28,569 nucleotides of DNA from a bacterium (GTDB lineage Bacteria > Patescibacteriota > UBA1384 > XYA2-FULL-43-10 > 1-14-0-10-43-13): contig JBAXQZ010000001.1 of NCBI GenBank assembly GCA_037131475.1, positions 1 through 28,569 of the forward strand. The letters are read 5' to 3'. Each line of letters begins with the position of its first letter. The stretch's first letter is position 1. The notes below the pieces were generated by a model that saw only the letters and a program-made list of their open reading frames with translations, was not told where the DNA came from and searched no databases. This document shows positions 8,294-18,518 of the stretch, piece after piece. The position numbers and the translations under genes are program-made.

Positions 8294-9346
8294 TTACTCC
8301 TCGCTTGGGGCTTCTTCGATGACTACATTGACCTTGGCTAGGATATTTTTTTTGATGTCCTCAGTGATTTCTGGATGCTCCTTGAGAAAAGCGCGTGCGC
8401 CCTCTTTGCCCTGTCCAAGCTTTTCCTCTTTGTAAGAGATCCATGAGCCAGCTCGATCAACGACACCATGCTTGATGCCAGAATCAACGATTTCACCCTC
8501 GTAATCGATACCGGTGCCAAACATAATATCAAATTCAGCAGTCTTGAACGGCGGCGCCACCTTGTTCTTGACCACTTTGACTTGGACATTGTTGCCGACG
8601 TTCTCCTCCCCCTTCTTGATTGTAGCCTTGCGACGAATGTCTAGACGAACAGATGAGTAAAATTTGAGCGCGTTGCCACCAGTGGTAGTCTCAGGATTGC
8701 CGAACATTACCCCGATCTTCATACGGATTTGATTGATAAAGATGAGAATTGTCTTGGATTTGGATACAATACCAGTGAGCTTGCGTAAGGCTTGCGACAT
8801 CAATCTCGCTTGGACACCCATCATAGAGTCGCCCATCTCACCTTCGATTTCAGCTCTTGGCACGAGGGCTGCGACTGAGTCGATAACGATTACATCGAGC
8901 GCATTGGAGCGTACGAGTGTCTCACAAATCTCCAGAGCCTGCTCGCCGTTGTCGGGCTGGGAAATAAGTAAATTATCTAGATTTACGCCGATTTTTTTCG
9001 CATATTCCGGGTCAAGGGCATGCTCTGCGTCGATGAAGGCACAATTGCCACCGAGCTTCTGAGCTTGAGCAACGACGGAGATAGCTAAAGTCGTCTTGCC
9101 TGAGGATTCTGGGCCAAAGATCTCAATCACACGACCACGAGGCAATCCACCGATACCGAGAGCTAAATCGAGTGAAAATGAGCCAGTTGAGACAGCGTCT
9201 ACTTTGAAAGCAGCACCGCTGGTTGAGAGTGTCATGATAGTGCCTTTGCCAAATTGCTTTTCGATCGAAGCCAGCGCTGCTTTGAGTGCTTCCCCTTTAC
9301 CATCAAATACCTCTGTTTTTGCTTCTATTTTTTCCTTCTTAGCCAT
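8294..9346 (-). CDS. recA: Recombinase A
   Basis: [51 protein letters not shown]; normal length, no intein. Confidence 0.99.
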   Translation of the reverse strand: MAKKEKIEAKTEVFDGKGEALKAALASIEKQFGKGTIMTLSTSGAAFKVDAVSTGSFSLDLALGIGGLPRGRVIEIFGPESSGKTTLAISVVAQAQKLGGNCAFIDAEHALDPEYAKKIGVNLDNLLISQPDNGEQALEICETLVRSNALDVIVIDSVAALVPRAEIEGEMGDSMMGVQARLMSQALRKLTGIVSKSKTILIFINQIRMKIGVMFGNPETTTGGNALKFYSSVRLDIRRKATIKKGEENVGNNVQVKVVKNKVAPPFKTAEFDIMFGTGIDYEGEIVDSGIKHGVVDRAGSWISYKEEKLGQGKEGARAFLKEHPEITEDIKKNILAKVNVVIEEAPSEE

Positions 9347-9424
9347 AAATAATCCTTGTGTTTATATAATTAATTTTCACTTTCTGGCTTTCAAATAATT
9401 AAAAGCTAATAATTAAAAATTATT

Positions 9425-10138
9425 TTATCGTTGATTGAGCAACAAATCCGTTGATTGTGCTGTCTTGGGTTTGTACTCTATGGTGATAACCTTGGTGCTC
9501 TCCTTCTTTGTCTTGTTGACTACCTGGACTTTGATAACATTTACACCGCGATGAAGCTTGAGCGGTAGAGAGAAATAACCGTCGTTGGAAACTGGCACTT
9601 TTTCTTGATTGATGGTCAACAAGGTGTTACTCTCAGTCACGCCGTTAACGTTGACTGAATCCGACTCAATGATAGAATTATCAAGCGGTGTTGAAACGCT
9701 CAGTGAAGGACTGCCAGCAAAACTCGCTAATTGAAAAAAGATATAAGCAAAGAGAGAAAGAGCGAAGCCACCAAAAGTAATATAGGCGAGAACTTTGGGA
9801 GTAATGAGAACCTTTACATCCTTGAGAGATTTTTTGTAAGACAGATCAGTATTCGTTTCTTTTCTATTTAGTATGACTTCGGTCTCGAAGAGACTGATAA
9901 TTTCATTTTCGGGTAGTTGCAGCATTTTGGCATAAGCCAATACGAAGCCTCGAATGTAGACCGCTTGGGGCAAATTGGTCCAGTCACCAGATTCAAGATA
10001 CTCAATGTATTTTGATCTAATTTTTGTTGCCTCTTCTACATCAAATATTGTCAGCTCTCTCTTGAGACGAGTTGATTTGAAAAGCTCTGCAAGTGACTTC
10101 TTTGATTTTAATGTTTTTGTAGAAAAACCGGATACCAT
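9425..10138 (-). CDS. RodZ-like helix-turn-helix membrane protein with C-terminal Ig-like beta domain
   Basis: HTH_25-type TKIRSKYIEYLESGDWTNLP..YIRGF..YAKML, a single TM, then a beta-rich extracellular domain. Sits between ftsK and recA like rodZ/ymfM. Confidence 0.82.
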   Translation of the reverse strand: MVSGFSTKTLKSKKSLAELFKSTRLKRELTIFDVEEATKIRSKYIEYLESGDWTNLPQAVYIRGFVLAYAKMLQLPENEIISLFETEVILNRKETNTDLSYKKSLKDVKVLITPKVLAYITFGGFALSLFAYIFFQLASFAGSPSLSVSTPLDNSIIESDSVNVNGVTESNTLLTINQEKVPVSNDGYFSLPLKLHRGVNVIKVQVVNKTKKESTKVITIEYKPKTAQSTDLLLNQR

Positions 10139-10205
10139 ATATAAGTTTCTAATTATTGAATAAATTTGTCGAAACCTTCACGCCTCAATCCGCTATATTC
10201 CTAGA

Positions 10206-12434
10206 TTATATTCGATCATCGTCAGAATAATTGTCATCGAAATTATTATCTCTGTATTGAGGCTTAAATTGATCACTGCTACTGCCACCGAAGCTTTGAC
10301 CAGTCGACAAAATGTCTCGTGGTTTGGCGCCGTCAGCCGATCCAATCACGCCGTTTTGTTCCAAGATATCTAGCAAGCGCGCAGCTCTAGCATAACCGAC
10401 TTTCAAGCGTCTTTGCAAGAGTGAGGCCGAAGCTTTCCCTGCAGCCATTATAGTCTCAATCGCCTCGTCATACAAATCATCCTCCTCTGATCCATTGCCA
10501 GAGTTGGCCGCACCGGGCTTGCTCGATCGAAAGTTGGTAATACTCTCATCATAGATCGCCTCGCCCTTCTCACGCAAGAATTCAACCAAAGACTCAATCT
10601 CTTTGTCTGAAACATAGCAACCCTGAATACGACGTGGCTTATTGAGGCCGTTACCGAGGAAAAGCATATCGCCATTACCCAATAATTTCTCAGCACCAGA
10701 AACGTCGAGAATCGTGCGCGAATCTATCTGTGAAGCAGTCGCGAAGGCTATTCTGGAGGTGATGTTGGCTTTGATAATACCGGTCAAAACATCAACTGAT
10801 GGTCTCTGGGTCGCAATGATCAAATGCATACCGGTCGCACGTGCCATCTGAGCCAAGCGAACGATAGAGGCTTCTACGTCCTTTGCCGAAGTGGCCATCA
10901 AATCCGCCAACTCGTCAATAATAATCACCATATAAGGCAATCGCCCCTCTGGGCCTGGGCTCGCGTTGTAGGCAATAATATTGCGTTTACCTGATTGTTC
11001 GAACATCTTGTAGCGTCGCTCCATCTCCCAAACGGCCCACTTCAGAGCCGAGACCGTCTTGTCAACTTCCGTAACTGCCGCGGTCAAAAGATGTGGAATA
11101 CCATTATAATTGGTGAGCTCAACTCGCTTTGGGTCAACCAGGATTAAGCGTAAATCCTGAGGCGAATTGTTGAACAAAAGACTCATAATAATAGTGTTGA
11201 TACATACTGATTTGCCTGAGCCAGTTGATCCAGCGATAAGCATATGTGGCATTTTCTCAAGATCAATCGCGATCGCATCACCAGAAACGTCACGCCCGAG
11301 AGCAAGAGACAATTTGCTTTTTACAGCCTTAAATTCTGTGGACTTGAGCACCTCTTTGAGAGTAACCTTGGCTGAGACTTTGTTGGGTATCTCAATACCA
11401 ACTAGATTTTTACCAGGGATTGGCGCCTCTATTCTCAAACTCTTTGCTGACAGAGATAATGCTAAATCGTTTTGACGAGAAACAATATGATTGAGCTTGA
11501 CGCCATCATTGGGCTTGATCGTGTATTGAGTGACTGTCGGGCCGACATTTACCTCACCAACGCTCACTTCGATATTGAAGCTCTTGAGACAATTTTGGAT
11601 AATTTCAGCATTTTTATAGATATTGCCAGGAGTTGCTTTGTCATCCGAGGTTTTGAGCATATCGAGTGAAGGATATTGCCAAGCGACAGTAGAGCTAGAG
11701 CGTTGGACTGGGGCAACGTTCATCGGTAATGGTTCAACGATTTCGACGCGATTTGATGGCTCTTTCTTCATAGTGTTGAATTTGCGCTTGACCGAGTCAA
11801 ATACTGAAATTTTGTTCTCATCACCGCCATCATTGATTTTGACTTTGCCGTCATTCTCATCCTCTTCGTCTCTTTTGAAATATTGAGTTAACGAAAGATT
11901 GAAAATCATAAGGATTGCGATCACCAATATGGCGATAATAATCAGGAAGGTTGGGATAATGCCGACTCCGTTGCGAAGTGGATTCGAGATTAGATATCCG
12001 ATCATACCACCACCTCGTCCATGACTAGCAAACTCACGAGCAAAATCTGAAACTATGAAAAGATGCAAGAAAGCTGGAGTGGCGGTGATAAGAAGGAAAA
12101 AACCAACAAATTGAGCAATGCGATATTCTTGATTGGGAATAAGCAAAAACACCCCACAATAGAGATAAATAGCGCCAAAAACATAGCCTCCAAAGGTGCC
12201 AAAAAGCCAAAAGATTAGCTCTGTAATCTTGATACCCAATGTGCCAGCTAGACCAAAAAAGCCCAAGAAGATAATGGCGGCAACGATGACGTTGATTACA
12301 GCAAAAATTTCTCGGCGTGTTTCGCCGGAAAGTCCGAGAGTCCAATCAAAAACATAGTTTCCCCAATCGTTCTCTTTTTGATACCATTTTGCTTTGGTCT
12401 GCTTATTTTTGGGATGTAGTCTCTTCCTGCCCAC
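10206..12434 (-). CDS. ftsK: DNA translocase FtsK/SpoIIIE
   Basis: N-terminal TM segments; LRIEAPIPGK; HMLIAGSTGSGKS; IIDELADLM; ATQRPSVDV; gamma domain ASLLQRRLKVGYARAARL. GTG start after GAGGAG. Confidence 0.97.
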   Translation of the reverse strand: MGRKRLHPKNKQTKAKWYQKENDWGNYVFDWTLGLSGETRREIFAVINVIVAAIIFLGFFGLAGTLGIKITELIFWLFGTFGGYVFGAIYLYCGVFLLIPNQEYRIAQFVGFFLLITATPAFLHLFIVSDFAREFASHGRGGGMIGYLISNPLRNGVGIIPTFLIIIAILVIAILMIFNLSLTQYFKRDEEDENDGKVKINDGGDENKISVFDSVKRKFNTMKKEPSNRVEIVEPLPMNVAPVQRSSSTVAWQYPSLDMLKTSDDKATPGNIYKNAEIIQNCLKSFNIEVSVGEVNVGPTVTQYTIKPNDGVKLNHIVSRQNDLALSLSAKSLRIEAPIPGKNLVGIEIPNKVSAKVTLKEVLKSTEFKAVKSKLSLALGRDVSGDAIAIDLEKMPHMLIAGSTGSGKSVCINTIIMSLLFNNSPQDLRLILVDPKRVELTNYNGIPHLLTAAVTEVDKTVSALKWAVWEMERRYKMFEQSGKRNIIAYNASPGPEGRLPYMVIIIDELADLMATSAKDVEASIVRLAQMARATGMHLIIATQRPSVDVLTGIIKANITSRIAFATASQIDSRTILDVSGAEKLLGNGDMLFLGNGLNKPRRIQGCYVSDKEIESLVEFLREKGEAIYDESITNFRSSKPGAANSGNGSEEDDLYDEAIETIMAAGKASASLLQRRLKVGYARAARLLDILEQNGVIGSADGAKPRDILSTGQSFGGSSSDQFKPQYRDNNFDDNYSDDDRI

Positions 12435-12555
12435 TTCTCTCCTCTATTTATATAGTATACAAAGAATTATACGTCACACGCATACTAACTACATTATAGT
12501 TTAAGAAAGATGCGGATGCAACTAATTAATAGTGAAAATAAATAATTGATAAATA

Positions 12556-12590
12556 AAAAAATGCCGCTTCGGTGTGAAACGGCATTTTTT
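12556..12590 (-). terminator. Intrinsic terminator downstream of rnj
   Basis: 11-bp stem AAAAAATGCCG / CGGCATTTTTT with T tracts on both strands, just past the rnj stop. Confidence 0.8.
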
Positions 12591-12606
12591 AGTTATTTGA
12601 AGTATA

Positions 12607-14607
12607 TTAGACTTCGATGACGACTGGGATGACCATTGGTTTGCGCTCTGTTTCTTTGAAGAGAAAATCGCCGACTTCATCTCGGAGTTTCTGCTTGATC
12701 AGAGTCCAATCAGTCTTGCCACCAGTGGTGTTGACGTGTTTGACAAAAACCTTTTTGACCTCGGCTCTAGCCTTGTGGACCAGCTGTTCATTCTCTCGCA
12801 TATAGATGAAGCCTCGGGAGATAATATCTGGCGAAGTAATGACTTCACCGCTCTCATGGTTGACCGTGACGATAATTACGAATATTCCATCTTGAGCCAT
12901 CGCTTTACGATCACGCAGGACGATATTGCCAACATCACCGACACCCAATCCATCAACCATGACGTAAGAGGCTGGCACACGTTTGTTGGTAACTTCACCT
13001 ATCCCCTTGCTGAACTCGATAGCTTGGCCGTCATCTGCAACGAGGCAGTGTTCTTCGTCAACAAGGCCCATACTTTGAGCGATTTGACAATGAAGCATCA
13101 ATCTAAAGCGTTCGCCGTGAACAGGCATGAAATATTTTGGCTTGATCAAGGCAAGCATCAACTTGAGATCTTCTTGGTTGGCATGACCGGAGGTATGAAC
13201 ATCCATCAATTTCTGGTAGACGACTTGGGCGCCAGCGCGGAAAAGATTGTCCATAAGTCCAGAAACGGCACGTTCGTTGCCTGGGATTGGAGAGGATGAA
13301 AGAATAACCAGGTCACCTTTCTTCATTTTGACTTGTCGGTGTTCACCGGTCGCGATACGCGTCAGCGCTGCGTTATCCTCGCCCTGTGAACCAGTACAAA
13401 CGATGACGACCTTGTTGTCTGGATATTTATTGAGATCTTTGGAATCAATAATCGTACTTTGGGGCACAATCAAGGCTTCAAGTGAGATAGCAATATCAAC
13501 AGTTGTAACCATACTTCGACCTACGAAGCATACCTTGCGATCGATCTTTTTGGCGACATTTAAAATTTGTTGGATACGACCAATAAGTGTAGAGAATGTT
13601 GAAACAATGAGCCTATTTGGCGCGTTTTCCATGACAGCCATAAGCGATTCTTCCAAAACTTTTTCAGAGATAGAAACACCGGGCTTCTCAATATTGGTTG
13701 AATCAGACATCAAGAGGATTGGTTTCTTGTCGCCAATTTTGGCAATGGCAGAGAAATCAACTGGTTTGCCATCAGCTGGTGTGTGATCAAATTTGAAATC
13801 ACCAGTATTGACGATAACGCCCTCAGGAGTCGTGATAGCGAAGCCCATTGCTTGAGGAATACTATGATTGACCTTGAAACTCTCAATCTTGAAACAACCG
13901 AGCTGCAGCACATCAATACCACATTTGATTGGAGATGTTTTGACAACTTTATCAAGCCCAAATTCTTCAAGCTTGCTCTTGATAAGGCCGATAGTCAGTG
14001 GAGCGGAATATATAGTCGGGGAGCCAATTTTTTCATAAACATATGGGATAGCGCCGATATGATCTAAATGGCCGTGAGTAATGATAAGACCACGAATCTT
14101 CTTTTTGTTTTGTTCAAGATAAGTGACATCGGGGATGACGTAATCAACTCCAGGCATACTCTCGTCTGGGAACATAAAGCCCATATCTATAATAATGATA
14201 TCGTCTTTGTACTCAATGATAGTACAGTTCTTGCCACCAGTCTCTTCGACACCACCGAGAGGGATGATACGAAGCTTCGGTTCAAAAAACATTTTGGGGC
14301 CATTGGAGGCATCAATTTGCTGTGCAGTGAAGCGAGGTTCACCTTTGATTTGTGAGAGCTTACGAATCTCATTTGGCTGAACTTGGGCAGTGAAACGAGG
14401 CTCCTGTTGTGGTTTGTTATTCATTTTTGGACGGTTTTGCTGGCCGTTTTTGTCACGGGGCTGGTTGCGATTGCTCATTTTGTTGAGCTGGTTTTTCTGA
14501 TTTGGATTGACCTGTTGATTTGAAGTGTTTGTATCGCGACTTGGAGCCTGATTGCCACTTTCTAGAAGGTCGTTCTTTAGTAATTGTTTGTTGTTTGTGT
14601 CTTCCAC
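12607..14607 (-). CDS. rnj: Ribonuclease J with N-terminal low-complexity extension
   Basis: LRIIPLGG, THGHLDHIG, DFKFD, GSQGE, HTSGHA, PVHGE. The GTG start at 14607 is uncertain (in-frame ATG at 14478 is an alternative). Confidence 0.96.
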   Translation of the reverse strand: MEDTNNKQLLKNDLLESGNQAPSRDTNTSNQQVNPNQKNQLNKMSNRNQPRDKNGQQNRPKMNNKPQQEPRFTAQVQPNEIRKLSQIKGEPRFTAQQIDASNGPKMFFEPKLRIIPLGGVEETGGKNCTIIEYKDDIIIIDMGFMFPDESMPGVDYVIPDVTYLEQNKKKIRGLIITHGHLDHIGAIPYVYEKIGSPTIYSAPLTIGLIKSKLEEFGLDKVVKTSPIKCGIDVLQLGCFKIESFKVNHSIPQAMGFAITTPEGVIVNTGDFKFDHTPADGKPVDFSAIAKIGDKKPILLMSDSTNIEKPGVSISEKVLEESLMAVMENAPNRLIVSTFSTLIGRIQQILNVAKKIDRKVCFVGRSMVTTVDIAISLEALIVPQSTIIDSKDLNKYPDNKVVIVCTGSQGEDNAALTRIATGEHRQVKMKKGDLVILSSSPIPGNERAVSGLMDNLFRAGAQVVYQKLMDVHTSGHANQEDLKLMLALIKPKYFMPVHGERFRLMLHCQIAQSMGLVDEEHCLVADDGQAIEFSKGIGEVTNKRVPASYVMVDGLGVGDVGNIVLRDRKAMAQDGIFVIIVTVNHESGEVITSPDIISRGFIYMRENEQLVHKARAEVKKVFVKHVNTTGGKTDWTLIKQKLRDEVGDFLFKETERKPMVIPVVIEV

Positions 14608-14656
14608 AGTTTTTCTTTCTTAATAGAATTAAATTTATTTAAATTTGTAATAGTTT

Positions 14657-15232
14657 TTATTGATTAATTTTTTGTAATATTTCGGGAATTTTTTGAAAAT
14701 CTGACATCAAAGTCGTCCTTAATCCTCCATTGTGAAGGGCGGCGGCTGGATGATAGAGGGGCAGATACAGTCGATTGTCGGTGTGCTTGATTAATTGACC
14801 GTGAAGTTGCGCGATCAAGCCTTGCTCGGGCAGTAAATCAGCCATTGCATGACGCCCAAGACAAACGATTATTTTTGGGTTGATAATCTCTATCTGACGG
14901 ATAAGGTAATCTCGACAGGCCAATTTTTCTGAGGGCAATGGATCGCGATTTTCTGGGGGACGGCATTTCAAAGTATTGGTAATAAAAACTTTGTCTCGAT
15001 CAAGATTAATGCTGATCAGCATTTTGTCCAGAAATTTGCCGGCAGCGCCACAAAATGGTTGGCCAGTAGCATCTTCTTTTGCACCTGGAGCTTCACCAAT
15101 AAATACAATATCTGCTTCGATATTTCCCTCGCCGGGGACAGTTCGTGTCCGAGAAATGCAAAGAGAACATTTGTCACAATGAGAGATTTCATCCTCGATT
15201 TGCCCAAGAGCATTTAACTTTTTCTTATTCAT
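14657..15232 (-). CDS. udg: Uracil-DNA glycosylase, family 4 (Fe-S)
   Basis: CDKC.LC, FIGEAPG..ED..G.PF.G.AG, KCRPPENRDP, YHPAA. Confidence 0.95.
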   Translation of the reverse strand: MNKKKLNALGQIEDEISHCDKCSLCISRTRTVPGEGNIEADIVFIGEAPGAKEDATGQPFCGAAGKFLDKMLISINLDRDKVFITNTLKCRPPENRDPLPSEKLACRDYLIRQIEIINPKIIVCLGRHAMADLLPEQGLIAQLHGQLIKHTDNRLYLPLYHPAAALHNGGLRTTLMSDFQKIPEILQKINQ

Positions 15233-15297
15233 AAAAAAATGCGAAAAAATAGAACTAGTGCTGATATTTATTGAGAGCTTTTGTAAAAGTTAATACT

Positions 15298-15326
15298 AGT
15301 TTATCATAATCAGAGGAAGATGTCAA
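15298..15326 (-). promoter_or_regulatory. sigma70-type promoter for udg-rnj
   Basis: Minus strand TTGACA (15326-15321), 17 nt, TAAACT (15303-15298), preceded by an extended -10 TG. Confidence 0.65.
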
Positions 15327-15356
15327 CAATGAGCGAGAGAATCGTAAATTTAAAAT

Positions 15357-15578
15357 TTAAAAGGCTTGTTCTCCAAGATTAGCAATTTCTTTTTGATAAT
15401 CACTGTTCATTAACGCTTGAGTTTTTTGAATTTTTTTATCCCAACTCCTAACGACCAAAGTTTTCGTGCCATACCAGCAAGCAGTAATGATAATCACCGA
15501 CAGAATAGCCAACAAAAAGATGAATTGTGTCTTGTCGTTCTTCAAATTTGGCCTATTTATATGAATTATTTTATCCAT
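15357..15578 (-). CDS. Small single-pass membrane protein (73 aa)
   Basis: One hydrophobic segment FIFLLAILSVIIITAC; overlaps the upstream gene by 13 bp. Short, so it could be spurious. Confidence 0.55.
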   Translation of the reverse strand: MDKIIHINRPNLKNDKTQFIFLLAILSVIIITACWYGTKTLVVRSWDKKIQKTQALMNSDYQKEIANLGEQAF

Positions 15579-16807
15579 TTAAACTCTTGTGCTGTTATTT
15601 TATTAATCAGAGATTTATACGACGAGGTCCATTTACTTCTGTCTGCCCAATCGTAACGGATACTACCCCAACCACACATTAAGCTCATTTCTGATCTATC
15701 TTTACTCACGTATTCATCATATGCGCCATCAACACATCCTTTCGTAAATCCAGTTTTGTAGTCTTCAATATATTGATCACTCGCACCAAAATCGTGAGCG
15801 GTCTCGTGAGAAATAAGATAAAGTATACCCTCAGTATCAAGTGAATAATTTTTTAACTGATCCGAATCTGACGAGGAATCACTCTCTATTGTAACGAAAT
15901 CAATATTGGCTCGAATTGACGGTAGGGCAAAAGAACGAAAATAAGAATCATGATTTGCAAAAACGATCAAACTGACTGCATCATAGTCGCTCACGTCTAT
16001 CTTTGATTCGATAAGTTTATTTAGAAAAAAGGTTTGAGCTTTATTAATGTTCTGTGATTGATCTTTGTACTCTTTGGAAAAATTTGGTAGCTCTTTCAAC
16101 TGAATTGGCTGAGATTTGTCTACAGTGAGAGAAAAATCTGCGCCAAAAACGTTTGCTTCGTATTCAAAAAATTTTTTGATATATTGATATGATGGATCGA
16201 TAAAAGATGTTTGATGTTGCTTTAGATATGCTTCCCTGCTTATCTGGGAGTATCCGTTCTTCTCTGAATAAAGGTTAAAGGTTTCAAAAGCGTTGTCAAG
16301 CTCGCCTTGATTGATAGAAATAGTTTCCTCAGAGTTGAGAGTATTTAAAAAACCTTGAATCTTTGAATCATTCATGTCTATGTCTGGTGCAACATATTGC
16401 ACAATTAAAAGCTTGAGGTCGCCAACGGCACTCGTGACCTGAAAAGCACAAGTATTGGAATCCGTGATTCTCCGCCAAGGTCGCTCAATCGAGCTACAAT
16501 CTTTTATTGCATTTGGTTGGCTATTGTCGACTAGTTCAGTGCCTGAGTTTAAAAAATCAATATTTTTTTGGTCCGAAACTGTTGGTGTTGGCACCGTTTT
16601 AATTGAAAAAAATTGGTCTTCCAAATCATTTTGCTGGACAAGCTTATTTTTCTGTAAATCTAGAGTATTTCTAAATAGAGCAATGTTCTCATTATAGGTT
16701 TTACTTCCCTGATTATTGTAAAAATAAAAACAGGAATTAATAGCTATAAGCGCAACAAATAAAAGATAGAAGACAGCGTATTTGATCGTAGTCTTGAATA
16801 TTTTCAT
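15566..16807 (-). CDS. Membrane-anchored or secreted putative zinc metalloprotease (metzincin-type motif)
   Basis: N-terminal hydrophobic segment; HETAHDFGASD = HExxHxxGxxD (residues 334-344); candidate Met-turn SLMCG (M377). Confidence 0.7.
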   Translation of the reverse strand: MKIFKTTIKYAVFYLLFVALIAINSCFYFYNNQGSKTYNENIALFRNTLDLQKNKLVQQNDLEDQFFSIKTVPTPTVSDQKNIDFLNSGTELVDNSQPNAIKDCSSIERPWRRITDSNTCAFQVTSAVGDLKLLIVQYVAPDIDMNDSKIQGFLNTLNSEETISINQGELDNAFETFNLYSEKNGYSQISREAYLKQHQTSFIDPSYQYIKKFFEYEANVFGADFSLTVDKSQPIQLKELPNFSKEYKDQSQNINKAQTFFLNKLIESKIDVSDYDAVSLIVFANHDSYFRSFALPSIRANIDFVTIESDSSSDSDQLKNYSLDTEGILYLISHETAHDFGASDQYIEDYKTGFTKGCVDGAYDEYVSKDRSEMSLMCGWGSIRYDWADRSKWTSSYKSLINKITAQEFKWIK

Positions 16808-18441
16808 TATTGCATGCCCTGATAAGTATCAACGTAAGCATCAGTCACTTTTTTGGCAGTACTGGTGATAGTTGAAACGATATATTTTGCAGTTTCCGCG
16901 GTCTTGGATGAATCAAGAATTATGAATTGGCTATCTAACTCCCAATCAAAGCCGGTAACTGTGCCGAGATTCGTTAGCTTCCTCTCATTTTTACCATCCA
17001 GATTTGAGATGTAAACATCAGTTTTGCCATCTCTGGTTGAAGTATACGCATAGTTTTTACCGTCTGGGGACAATGCTTTACCTAAATTTTCATTTATTTC
17101 AGGAGTGTATTCACTTGTTTCACCGTTGGCAATATTGTATTGCATATAAACTGATTTCTTTGCTTCTTGATTGTAATAATTGTACTGAATAAACTTATCA
17201 TCATTACTAAATGATGGATAACTTCCACCATTAGCATAAATTTTTACTGCGTCCCCTCCACTAATTTTTCGGAAATATAATCCTTCCTCGCTGATAGGGT
17301 TGCCGTCAATTTGATTCTGATACCAAGAGATATATGTGCCGTCATGGCTAAGCATGAAATTGGATGCTGAGCCGTTTGAATTAATTCTTTCTGATTTTGC
17401 TGTTTTTACATTGTAAATATTGTTGTAAGTGACATACTCATTTTTCACCAGTCGATCTGTCCAAACAAGATATTTGCTGTCTTTCGTCCATGACATACCA
17501 TATGTACTATAAGCAGAATTAATTTTTGCCAATCCAGTACCATCGGCGTTAATTACAAATAAATCAGGGATATAGCTATTATCATCGTCTTTTCGCTTAT
17601 CACGCGTAGATAAAAAAGTAATTTTTGTTCGATCTGGGCTAATGCGCAAATCGTAGTCTTCTGTATCCTCGACAGCTTTAATCAATCTAGTAACATTGGA
17701 GCCGTCATAATCGCAACGATATATGCCACGTTTGCCGTTCTCTCGATTTGAAATGAAATACACTTTTCCAGATGGCACTAAAGTAAATTCAAGTGGCTGA
17801 TCTTTAAGAACAGTATTTTTGGTCTCATTGGTGTTATAGCCCTCTTTTGCAAGGCTAAATGTGGTCTCACCAGTAGGCAGATCAGCAATTGTGAATTGAC
17901 CGTTTGAATCTGTTGTAGCATTTTTTTCACCGATTGTGATTTGAGCATCAGGAACAGCCAGATTTGTGATGGCATCTGTAACTTTGGCAGTTAGAGTTGT
18001 TTTTTCTATATAAATTGCAAGAGCAAAGCTCAGAGTGTTTTTGTCGCGCTTGAGTTTGAGACTTTTTTCATCACTAATATATCCTTTGCTTGTAGCGCTA
18101 ACTTTAACCTCTTTGACAGAAAGACCCGTAATTGTTGCGACTCCATCAGTATTCGTGTTTGCTACTATATCCCCAATCCTAATCTCACTATTAGCGATTG
18201 GCTTCGTAGTATCTTTGTCAATCACTGTTACTTCAATTGTCGCTGGCATAATCTTCGCATAAATTGTTTTGTAAACGCCTGTCTGCCAAATCAAAAGTCC
18301 TGCGAGCAATAATAATATAATAATAGAACTAATCAGTAAGCCTTTTTGAGATATTTTAAGGTCTATTACACCATCATTTTTATTATTTTTTGGCTTTTCT
18401 TCACTCATATTACTGCGGTTTTCAAGCTCAACATCTTCCAT
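16807..18441 (-). CDS. Membrane-anchored surface protein: carboxypeptidase-regulatory-like/PEGA beta domains plus TolB-like (PD40) beta-propeller
   Basis: TM near the N-terminus; two V.D..T..P...A.I.IG....TD.NG repeats; ISPDRTKITFLSTRD and LSPDGKNYAYTSTRDGKTDVYISNLDG. SD AGGAGG; TAATG overlap with the next gene. Confidence 0.82.
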   Translation of the reverse strand: MEDVELENRSNMSEEKPKNNKNDGVIDLKISQKGLLISSIIILLLLAGLLIWQTGVYKTIYAKIMPATIEVTVIDKDTTKPIANSEIRIGDIVANTNTDGVATITGLSVKEVKVSATSKGYISDEKSLKLKRDKNTLSFALAIYIEKTTLTAKVTDAITNLAVPDAQITIGEKNATTDSNGQFTIADLPTGETTFSLAKEGYNTNETKNTVLKDQPLEFTLVPSGKVYFISNRENGKRGIYRCDYDGSNVTRLIKAVEDTEDYDLRISPDRTKITFLSTRDKRKDDDNSYIPDLFVINADGTGLAKINSAYSTYGMSWTKDSKYLVWTDRLVKNEYVTYNNIYNVKTAKSERINSNGSASNFMLSHDGTYISWYQNQIDGNPISEEGLYFRKISGGDAVKIYANGGSYPSFSNDDKFIQYNYYNQEAKKSVYMQYNIANGETSEYTPEINENLGKALSPDGKNYAYTSTRDGKTDVYISNLDGKNERKLTNLGTVTGFDWELDSQFIILDSSKTAETAKYIVSTITSTAKKVTDAYVDTYQGMQ

Positions 18442-18488
18442 TTATTCCTCCTAGACTGAAATTTATAAATTCAACTAAAATCAAATCC

Positions 18489-18518
18489 ATTATAGCATTT
18501 TTGGAATATTTTTTGCAA
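18489..18518 (-). promoter_or_regulatory. sigma70-type promoter for the propeller/protease cassette
   Basis: Minus strand TTGCAA (18518-18513), 18 nt, TATAAT (18494-18489). Confidence 0.55.

Noticed and set aside
9347-9424. LexA box upstream of recA
   Set aside because: No GAAC-N4-GTTC or CTGT-N8-ACAG; only an AT-rich 11-bp direct repeat.
15477-15490. Lipobox-like ITAC in the 73-aa ORF
   Set aside because: The Cys is at residue 34 after a long N-region, and a 4-residue match at the end of a TM is common by chance; insufficient support.
16807-18441. Calling the propeller protein tolB
   Set aside because: It lacks the TolB N-terminal domain context, has a TM anchor and extra beta domains, and no tolQRA/pal genes are adjacent.
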